Positions 17,187 through 24,704 of a DNA stretch of 24,704 nucleotides are shown piece after piece (positions within the stretch are counted from its first letter, which is position 1; every line of letters starts with the position of its first letter). This DNA comes from Gammaproteobacteria bacterium. Its GTDB lineage: Bacteria > Pseudomonadota > Gammaproteobacteria > UBA9339. The stretch lies in NCBI GenBank assembly GCA_018814965.1, contig JAHIYS010000124.1, positions 1 to 24,704 on the forward strand, given 5' to 3'. The translations under genes were made by a program, and so were the position numbers. The notes under the pieces are model-generated. The model did no database searches. It was not told the origin of the DNA and saw nothing but the letters and a program-made list of their open reading frames with translations.

Positions 17187-19133
17187 ATGGATCTTTTAGA
17201 GAAATTGACTGCACCTATTTTTAATGACTTTACGCAAGTTGAATTAGATTATCTTCTAAAATCAGCCCAAAAAACAGTGTATGAAAAAGGTTCGGTTTTA
17301 ATTTACGAAGGGGAGATTGGCCATGAGTTTTATCTGATCCTCGAAGGCAAAGTTGATGTTAGCAAAGAAAGTAGCGCTCAGGAAGAAACTATTCCTCTAG
17401 CAACTCTAGGCGTTGGTAGTGTTCTTGGAGAAATCAGCATCATAACCAACAACCCCCGCTCAGCTACAGTTACAGCTATAGAAAAAACCACTGCTTTAGT
17501 AATCAATATTGAAAAAATAAAGCAAGACCCGGATGCGCAATCAATTTATAAAAAATTAATTCAAAATCTTGGCATCGAGCTATCGAAAAAACTAATTTAT
17601 TTTGAAGACAAGTTAATAAAATATGACGCTAAAAATCATGACCAATTCGAAACAACCGAAGATATATCATCCCTAGCTCCAAACTCTATTCTCACTCTTT
17701 TAGGATGGAAATGGTCCGACATAATGCATGAAGCACCATTTCTAGCTGAACATGGATATGACGCCATCAAAATATCTCCCCCTCAAGAATTTATAGTAAA
17801 AAATGGCGATCCTTGGTGGAGCATCTATCAGCCAGTAAGCTATCATTTAAGTAATTTTTATGGCACTGAAGAAGAGTTCATAAAGATGGTAGATTTTTGC
17901 CATGGCTATAACCTAAAAATCTATGCTGATTTAATCTTAAATCACATGGCAGAGTTCATACCAGAAGAACCAACACATGTTGGCACTAACAACACCTCTT
18001 TTACAAAATATCATTATGGACCACTAAATAACGATAATGATTATTATGAGTATGACGATTTCTATCACTTTGCTCACCAAGGAAATAAACAAATCTCCAA
18101 TGAAGATTATTGCAAACTAGAAGGGGTATGGCATTTGGAGCATTATGATTTGCTCAATTTACCTAAAATAAACCTAAAAAATCAACATGCAGCAACCGTT
18201 CTCCGCAAATATGTTAAATATCTTTTATCATTAGGAGTCGATGGCTTTAGAATTGATGCAGCCAAGCATTTAAGCATTAAAGCAGTTGAAAAAATACTCG
18301 CCGGATTAAGAACCCTTGACGGCTTAAGACCATTTATTTACCAGGAATATTACACCGGTGCCCCGATGGGCATCGACGTCTATAGTTTTATGGAAAAGTA
18401 TTTTAAAGTTGGCTATGTTACTGCCTTTAAATATGGCGACTTCCTAGCTGATGCAATTAGAAATCAAAATAACGATTTACAAAAACTAGTGGAATATTCT
18501 TTTGGAAGCTCCTGGATCCACTATCCAGAAAATCGTGCAGTAGTTGTAATTGATAATCATGATACTGAAAGAATGATGTCTAATATGCTAAATTATAAGT
18601 GCACCCAAAATAATGCTTACGTTTTAGCTTATACTTTCATGCTATCTTGGCCGTTTGGGGTTCCTAAAATAATGTCAAGCTTTCACTTTACAAATCATGA
18701 CGATCCTATTCCTAACACATCGGTATGGCAAAACGGACGATGCACTTGCTTTGATGCTAATTCACCTTGGGTAGCTCAACATCGCTGGAACGCTATTGCA
18801 AACATGGTTTTATTTCACAACAGAACCCAAAATGCCCCTGGGACATCACATCTTTGGGCCAACGGCAATCAAGTCGCGTTCTCTAGGGTTTATCAAAAAC
18901 CTAAAAAATATGTGGCTTCAGTTGGATTCGTAGTTATTAATGATACCGATAAACCACTAAACCATCGCTTTGAAACCGGCCTTCCAGATGGGAAATATTA
19001 TGACCTAATAAAGAGCCGATTGGCATCAGGAAAAATGATAGGCCCAACAATAACCGTAGAAAACTATGGGTTTGCAACTATAGAAGTTCCACCTTTTGAT
19101 GCGATAGCAATACTAATCGATTTTATACAGTAA
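17187..19133 (+). CDS. Cyclic-nucleotide-binding domain fused to GH13 alpha-amylase
   Basis: N-terminal CNBD: EGEIGHEFYLILEGKV…LATLGVGSVLGEISIITNNPRSATVTA. Amylase: GWKWSDI, PWWSIYQPVSY, LNHMA, GFRIDAAKH, IYQEY, IDNHD, MSSF, QHRW and a C-domain. ATG 17187 is preferred over TTG 17148, which lies inside the IR. Confidence 0.9.
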   Translation: MDLLEKLTAPIFNDFTQVELDYLLKSAQKTVYEKGSVLIYEGEIGHEFYLILEGKVDVSKESSAQEETIPLATLGVGSVLGEISIITNNPRSATVTAIEKTTALVINIEKIKQDPDAQSIYKKLIQNLGIELSKKLIYFEDKLIKYDAKNHDQFETTEDISSLAPNSILTLLGWKWSDIMHEAPFLAEHGYDAIKISPPQEFIVKNGDPWWSIYQPVSYHLSNFYGTEEEFIKMVDFCHGYNLKIYADLILNHMAEFIPEEPTHVGTNNTSFTKYHYGPLNNDNDYYEYDDFYHFAHQGNKQISNEDYCKLEGVWHLEHYDLLNLPKINLKNQHAATVLRKYVKYLLSLGVDGFRIDAAKHLSIKAVEKILAGLRTLDGLRPFIYQEYYTGAPMGIDVYSFMEKYFKVGYVTAFKYGDFLADAIRNQNNDLQKLVEYSFGSSWIHYPENRAVVVIDNHDTERMMSNMLNYKCTQNNAYVLAYTFMLSWPFGVPKIMSSFHFTNHDDPIPNTSVWQNGRCTCFDANSPWVAQHRWNAIANMVLFHNRTQNAPGTSHLWANGNQVAFSRVYQKPKKYVASVGFVVINDTDKPLNHRFETGLPDGKYYDLIKSRLASGKMIGPTITVENYGFATIEVPPFDAIAILIDFIQ

Positions 19134-19582
19134 AACTTTTGCTTTTTTATTATCTTTAGGAGAAGAAGCACATCCGCGTTTCATCTAGAGCCAAAACAAA
19201 GAACCATCAACAGCCCTGTTACAACATAAAAACCTCATACTCTGGATCATACGATAAAACCATAACCTTATGCCCCTAACAAATCGCATCCACACCATTA
19301 ATTAAAATGGTTAATAAATAATCATAAAATCACCATTTTTACCATTATCTGGTAATTCTTTCAAAAATCTCAAACAAATAATGTCTAAAAGACGCATAAC
19401 TAATATATTTTATAGAGACCTATTTAAAAAGCAATCCGGGATATTTGCGTATTATTTCCCGTAAATCCACCTTTAAAGATATCATAAAAAATGATAACAT
19501 ACTCACCATAAACAAGGAGCTATAAGCTTAAAACAACTATTCATTTTTATAGCCCTCATTCAGGATCTAAACGTGAATTATA

Positions 19583-19601
19583 TTCTACTTAATAAGTAGA
19601 A
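19583..19601. promoter_or_regulatory. Perfect 9-1-9 palindrome directly upstream of the LuxR gene RBS (candidate operator)
   Basis: TTCTACTTA-A-TAAGTAGAA, immediately followed by AAGGAG (19602-19607). Confidence 0.4.
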
Positions 19602-19610
19602 AAGGAGCGC

Positions 19611-20300
19611 ATGGTTCTAGGTAAAAAATTTTTTGCCTTCTCTCAGCCTATAGAAAATTTCTTTAAATTTGGAGATAAACTCCATTTTGCCTGGAAAGAT
19701 CTCAACAGCGCATTTTTGGGATGCAGTGATTTTTTAGGTGAGGAATCCGGCTTAACCCCCTCAAACTTGATTGGACTCACCGATAGAGATCTAATTTGGG
19801 GATCGCGCGCTGATCAATATCGTAAAGATGAAGAGATGGTTCTGAATTCAAGATCTACTCGCTTCATCTATGAACCCCTAAAAACAGTAGAAGGCGAAGT
19901 ATCTTTGATCACCTTTAAAACCCCTTTGATTAGCTCATCAGGATTAATAGAGGGAATTTTTGCGGTTGCTTTTGCACTAGAAAAAAACTCTCTACTTGAA
20001 GTAACAAAATTAATAAACTATCTTGGTATATTAACCCCTGACAAAATGTTATCCCATCTGTCAGATCAAACTATCACAAAACATTTATCAAAACGGGAAC
20101 AAGAGTGTTTGTTCTATCTAACCCAAGGAAAGGGCATTAAAGAAATTGCTAAATTACTAACCCTCTCCCCAAGAACTATCGAAACACATATTGATAACAT
20201 AAAATCAAAACTGCACTGCCATTCAAGATCAAGTTTGATTAGCAAGGTTATGGATCCTCGATATAGCTATGAAAAAATAGATTCATCAACCGAATCTTAG
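19611..20300 (+). CDS. PAS_4-domain LuxR-family transcriptional regulator
   Basis: N-terminal PAS-like AWKDLNSAFLGC…LIGLTDRDLIW…FKTPL; C-terminal HTH LSKREQECLFYLTQGKGIKEIAKLLTLSPRTIETHIDNIKSKL; AAGGAG RBS. Confidence 0.9.
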   Translation: MVLGKKFFAFSQPIENFFKFGDKLHFAWKDLNSAFLGCSDFLGEESGLTPSNLIGLTDRDLIWGSRADQYRKDEEMVLNSRSTRFIYEPLKTVEGEVSLITFKTPLISSSGLIEGIFAVAFALEKNSLLEVTKLINYLGILTPDKMLSHLSDQTITKHLSKREQECLFYLTQGKGIKEIAKLLTLSPRTIETHIDNIKSKLHCHSRSSLISKVMDPRYSYEKIDSSTES

Positions 20301-20367
20301 AAGTCCTCTAGTAAACCCAAGAATCTATCCCTAAAAATTTTATCAGCATACATAACCAAAAACTTAG

Positions 20368-21603
20368 CTACTTAACAGCTGTAAACAAACCCAAGTTAGT
20401 CAAAATAGGAAATACGGTAAGCGCAAAACCAAAAATTATTATAACTGCAAATGATGCTTTACCAAATATCACATGATATGAGGTTGGTTGATTTAATTCT
20501 GGATTTTTACGTAACCGATAAACCATGATTGGAGGCAAAATTAGAAATAAAATAGCCACGAACACCCCTGAATAACTAAAAGATTTTAAAAAGTTATCTG
20601 GATACAATATGTTAATTAATAATGGCGGGAAAAAAGTTAAACAAGCAGTTTGTAAACGACCAAACCTTGTATTAGGCCGCTTAAAACCATCCGCTAAAAA
20701 GTCAAAAATCCCAAGAGAAACCCCTAAAAATGCGGTTGTCATTGAAATATTAGTAAACCCATGGATACAGTATTTCACCCATCTGTTATTAACTATGGTT
20801 ACCAGAGCCCTAGTAAACTTACCAAGACTACCACCTATTGCAGCAAAACCATTTTCCCCTTCTAAAGGTATCATACTCAAAGTTGGGGCAAGCCATAATA
20901 AATAAACAACCAAACATATTGTGGTGGCAGTAATAATAATCCATTTAATAACTCGCGGTTTATGACCCACATACATTCTTATGCTTGGAATAACAAAATG
21001 ATAACTAAAAAGACAAAGAAGAATCGGCAACGCAACTAAAACATGGCTGACTTGAGATATTTCAGGACGGGTAAATATCTTACTAGGATCAATATAAACT
21101 GAGATCAATGCCAAAGTAGTGATTAGCAAAATCCCCTTAACGCTGATCAAACCACGATTCATAAAATCGGTAGCTTTAGTACTCCAAAAAACCACACTGC
21201 CCATAATACCAGTAAATAATACGGTGATAAGCCATCTCGGCATCTGCGTTATAGAGGCTGACTGCAAAATACTAAAGATAAGATCAGGACCACCAGAAAC
21301 ATATGCAGTCAAAGTTGCATATAGCATTAATAGATAAGAAACCCAAGTGACTGTTCTACCAAAAGGGCCCAGAGTTCGTTCAGCCATAGAGTTAAAACTA
21401 CATGCATTCTTTGGCAACATTAAACTTGCTTCGGCCACCAATAATCCACTAATAGTCAACAAAGCCCATAAAATCAGTATAACTATTATTGTAGTAGTAA
21501 AACCTGCCTCTGCGCTTATCATAGGCGTAGCAAGCACTCCAACTCCAATTGCGCTACCCACTATCATCATTACACAACCAAAAAACTTACCAACAGTCAC
21601 CAT
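20368..21603 (-). CDS. Aromatic amino acid permease (HAAAP family, TyrP/Mtr-like)
   Basis: GCVMMIVGSAIGVGVLATP, multi-TM topology, FSYHFVIPS, TTAFLGVSLGIFDFLADGF and TFFPPL; substrate not resolvable. Confidence 0.9.
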   Translation of the reverse strand: MVTVGKFFGCVMMIVGSAIGVGVLATPMISAEAGFTTTIIVILILWALLTISGLLVAEASLMLPKNACSFNSMAERTLGPFGRTVTWVSYLLMLYATLTAYVSGGPDLIFSILQSASITQMPRWLITVLFTGIMGSVVFWSTKATDFMNRGLISVKGILLITTLALISVYIDPSKIFTRPEISQVSHVLVALPILLCLFSYHFVIPSIRMYVGHKPRVIKWIIITATTICLVVYLLWLAPTLSMIPLEGENGFAAIGGSLGKFTRALVTIVNNRWVKYCIHGFTNISMTTAFLGVSLGIFDFLADGFKRPNTRFGRLQTACLTFFPPLLINILYPDNFLKSFSYSGVFVAILFLILPPIMVYRLRKNPELNQPTSYHVIFGKASFAVIIIFGFALTVFPILTNLGLFTAVK

Positions 21604-21854
21604 AAAATCGCTCCCAAATAAAACACAAATGCAGCTTTACTTCAGATTATCCATTGGCATCCGTTGCTAATTAAAATGTAATACTTATATTAAGTTCCTT
21701 ATAATCCCAGCTCTTTTTGGGCACATATTGCCTAAATTAAAACCAATAAAAAAGCTGGCCTTTGAGAATAAAGCACCAAAATTATCCTACATTATACTCT
21801 GATACAATAAAATTTATACCGTAAAAAACCCTGTATTAAAGTAACCCGAAAGTA

Positions 21855-24563
21855 TTAATGCGCTTCATCCCAATTATCCCCAACACCGATACCAACAACT
21901 ATTGGCACTTTAAGTTCCACTACCGTCTCCATCAGATTTTTAACCGCTTCCAAGACATAATCCACATATTTATCCTCAACCTCAAAAACCAATTCGTCAT
22001 GTACCTGCATGATCATATCAATTTTAAAATCACATTTTTGTACAAAATGGTCTATTTTTATCATAGCCATTTTTATAATATCGGCTGCACTTCCCTGAAT
22101 CGGAGCATTGATTGCAACCCGCTGGGCCCCCTGACGTCTTGCGAAATTTTTTGCTTTGATCTCTGGGATATACAATCTACGCCCAAAAATCGACTCAACA
22201 AAACCATTATCATGCGCAAATTTTTTCATTTGCTCCATATACTCTTTCATTCCTGGATAACGATCAAAATAAAGCTCAATATATTTTTGGGCATCATAAC
22301 GGGACATACCGATACGCTTTGCTAAACCAAAAGCCGACATCCCATAAATCAAACCAAAATTAATGGTCTTAGCATCACGACGTTGCGTATCTGTAACTTT
22401 TTCTGGATCAACTCCAAAAATCTCCGCAGCAACCATTCGATGCACATCATCCCCTTGCCAAAAAGCCTTAAATAGATTTTTATCTTGAGAAAGATGGGCC
22501 ATGATCCGTAATTCAATCTGAGAATAATCTGCAGAAATTATCTTACAACCAGGAGGAGCAATAAAAGCTTGACGCACCCTGCGCCCCTCTTCGGTACGAA
22601 TTGGAATATTTTGTAAATTTGGATTCGTAGAAGATAGCCTACCAGTAGTTGTAACTGCTTGGTTATAAGAAGTATGTACACGCCCAGTTTTATGGTTAAT
22701 CTGCTTTGGCAGCGCATCAGTATAGGTAGACTTTAGTTTGTTCAGACCACGATATTCCAAAATTATCTTTGGTAAAGAATATTCAAGCGCTAATTCCTGC
22801 AAAACAGGTTCAGCAGTTGAAGGCTGGCCAGTAGGAGTTTTCTGCAAAATAGGTAGCTTTAATTTATCATATAAAATTTCTTGCAACTGCAGCGGAGAAT
22901 TAATATTAAATTCCGCCTCAGCATCTTTATAAATCTGAGACTCTAAATCTTGTAATTTTGTTTTAAGCTCGAAGCTGTAGTTATTTAAAAATTTTTCATC
23001 AACACATACACCATGACGCTCCATTTTTGACAAAACCTCAACCAATGGCATCTCTATCTCTTTAAAAACTTTTTCTTCTGATTTGTTTTTCTCAATCTGG
23101 GGCCAAAGCACTGTATGCAATTGCAAAACCAAATCGGAATCAAGGGCTGCATAGGGGGCGGCTAACTCAAGATTTAGCTGCTCAAATGGAATTTGTTTTG
23201 CCCCCTTACCAACAAGATCTTCATAAGTCGTTATGGTTTTACCAAGATATCTTAGAACCAAGGATCTTTTGTCATGCTGATTGCTTGAACTATTTAAAAT
23301 ATATGATTCAAGCATAGTATCATAACCAAGCCCACAAACCTCGATCCCATAATTTGCCAAAATGCCAATATCATATTTAAGATTCTGCCCCAATTTAATT
23401 TTTTTAGGGTCAGTAAAAATTGGCCGCAATTTTTGCAATACCTGATCACGATTAAGCTGAGATGGGGCTCCATCATAAGCATGAGCAAACGGGATATAAA
23501 TAGCCTCACCAATCTCGAGCGCAAAAGAGATCCCAACAATTTCCGCCTGCATAACATCTAAACCTGTAGTTTCGGTATCAAAAGCAAAACTTGTCGCTTG
23601 CTGGATTTTTTTCAGCCATGGCTCCAGATCCTCTTCGGTTAAAATTAGATGGCATTTACTTTCACTTATAGCTGGCTTAGAGCTTTCTTGAGAAGTATTT
23701 TTATCACTCCCTAAATCAGCCAACCAACTTTTGAATTCTAAATGAGTAAATAATTCGATTAGTTTTTGGGTATCCGGGGCTTTAGAAATCAACTCATCAG
23801 AGCTCTGCTCTAACTTCAGCTCATCTTTGATAGTAACAAGTTCTTTTACCAAAGGTAGCCGTCCCAAACTGCCTCGTAAATTCTCTCCAACCTTCCCCTT
23901 GATCTCATCTTGATGTGCAATAATGTTTTCTAGGGTGCCATATTCATCTAGCCACTTTACGGCGGTCTTTGGACCCACGCCATTAACACCCAAGATGTTA
24001 TCCGATGAATCACCAACCAATGTTAAATAATCAGTAATCTGCTCTGGACTAACACCAAATTTACTTTTAACCCCTTTGGCATCCATAGTAGTATTAGTCA
24101 TAGTATTCACTAGACTGACATGAGGCCCAACCAACTGCGCCATATCCTTATCCCCTGTCGAAATCAAGGTGGAAATCCCTTTCTTAGCAGCCTCTTGGGC
24201 TAAAGTTCCTATAACATCATCAGCCTCTACCCCATCAACAATTAAAAGTGGCAGTCCCATGGCGGTTATGACCTCATGGAGCGGCTTAATTTGGATCTTT
24301 AAATCATCCTCCATTGGGGGTCTAGTGGCTTTATACTCAGGATACATATCGTGACGAAAGTTTTTGCCCTTAGCATCAAATACCACTGCGACATAATCAG
24401 GCTTATACTCGCCCAAAATCTTCTTGATCATATTGATCACCCCATAAACAGCCCCCGTCGGCTCACCTTTTGAGGTAATCAATGGTGGCAAAGCATGAAA
24501 GGCACGGTAGAGATAAGAGGAGCCATCTATTAAAACTAAAAGTTTATTTTCGTTCAATGTCAT
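21855..24563 (-). CDS. polA: DNA polymerase I
   Basis: 5'-3' exonuclease (LIDGSSYLYRAFHA, EADDVIG, GDKD), 3'-5' exonuclease (FDTETTGL) and polymerase motifs (SADYSQIELR, AKTINFGLIYG, QVHDELV). Confidence 0.98.
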   Translation of the reverse strand: MTLNENKLLVLIDGSSYLYRAFHALPPLITSKGEPTGAVYGVINMIKKILGEYKPDYVAVVFDAKGKNFRHDMYPEYKATRPPMEDDLKIQIKPLHEVITAMGLPLLIVDGVEADDVIGTLAQEAAKKGISTLISTGDKDMAQLVGPHVSLVNTMTNTTMDAKGVKSKFGVSPEQITDYLTLVGDSSDNILGVNGVGPKTAVKWLDEYGTLENIIAHQDEIKGKVGENLRGSLGRLPLVKELVTIKDELKLEQSSDELISKAPDTQKLIELFTHLEFKSWLADLGSDKNTSQESSKPAISESKCHLILTEEDLEPWLKKIQQATSFAFDTETTGLDVMQAEIVGISFALEIGEAIYIPFAHAYDGAPSQLNRDQVLQKLRPIFTDPKKIKLGQNLKYDIGILANYGIEVCGLGYDTMLESYILNSSSNQHDKRSLVLRYLGKTITTYEDLVGKGAKQIPFEQLNLELAAPYAALDSDLVLQLHTVLWPQIEKNKSEEKVFKEIEMPLVEVLSKMERHGVCVDEKFLNNYSFELKTKLQDLESQIYKDAEAEFNINSPLQLQEILYDKLKLPILQKTPTGQPSTAEPVLQELALEYSLPKIILEYRGLNKLKSTYTDALPKQINHKTGRVHTSYNQAVTTTGRLSSTNPNLQNIPIRTEEGRRVRQAFIAPPGCKIISADYSQIELRIMAHLSQDKNLFKAFWQGDDVHRMVAAEIFGVDPEKVTDTQRRDAKTINFGLIYGMSAFGLAKRIGMSRYDAQKYIELYFDRYPGMKEYMEQMKKFAHDNGFVESIFGRRLYIPEIKAKNFARRQGAQRVAINAPIQGSAADIIKMAMIKIDHFVQKCDFKIDMIMQVHDELVFEVEDKYVDYVLEAVKNLMETVVELKVPIVVGIGVGDNWDEAH

Positions 24564-24704
24564 AATTATTCAATTTTTAGGATTATTGGTATATTTCTTT
24601 AAAAAGAAACCATAAGCAATTTTTTATTTTGTTCTATTTCATTTTATTTCATTTCAAATCATCGCTGAAATTTAGTATCATCTAATCTAGAATATAAAAT
24701 TAAC

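Noticed and set aside
17187-19133. Pycsar/CBASS-type anti-phage effector
   Set aside because: CNBD-effector fusions occur in Pycsar, but there is no nucleotide cyclase nearby and an amylase is not a known cell-death effector.
21610-21770. Attenuator for the aromatic amino acid permease
   Set aside because: The uORF MPMDNLK has no aromatic codons, the hairpins are weak, and there is no TyrR-type TGTAAA-N6-TTTACA box.
1647-24354. Short antisense/alternate-frame ORFs in the track (e.g. 1647, 2007, 4605, 5091, 5815, 6909, 7211, 11411, 11703, 12396, 13625, 14280, 14558, 15659, 16172, 20609, 21119, 21347, 21858, 22738, 23294, 24169)
   Set aside because: All but 12396 overlap well-supported genes substantially, and none has motifs; treated as shadow ORFs. 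12396 has no supporting evidence.
1-24704. tRNA/rRNA genes
   Set aside because: No cloverleaf, T-loop or rRNA-like sequence recognised in any intergenic region.

Overview
AT-rich chromosomal window from a Legionellales/Coxiellales-like gammaproteobacterium, inferred from the Dot/Icm genes. Housekeeping backbone: 5' end of mnmG, hldE, ogt, rplS-trmD-rimM-rpsP, dacB, pth-rplY, comM, a TyrP/Mtr-family transporter and polA. An isolated Dot/Icm (T4BSS) block icmW-orf-icmX lacks the usual neighbours icmV/dotA. There are three accessory patches. (i) 9.1-10.9 kb holds several decayed repeats, a 336-bp MITE-like element (16-bp IRs, TTAAT flanks) carrying a REP hairpin and a dead GIY-YIG nuclease fragment, and a candidate effector. 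(ii) 12.5-14.3 kb holds four co-oriented small ORFs sharing a double-glycine (bacteriocin-type) leader-like N-terminus and one hydrophobic helix. (iii) 16.0-20.3 kb holds a RAYT-like Y1 HUH transposase with a DnaA-domain-IV-like tail between perfect 25-bp inverted repeats, a cNMP-binding-domain/GH13 alpha-amylase fusion and a PAS-LuxR regulator. The best candidates for an undescribed system are the leader-peptide array and the cyclic-nucleotide-sensing amylase. All family calls come from recognising motifs by eye; no searches were run.
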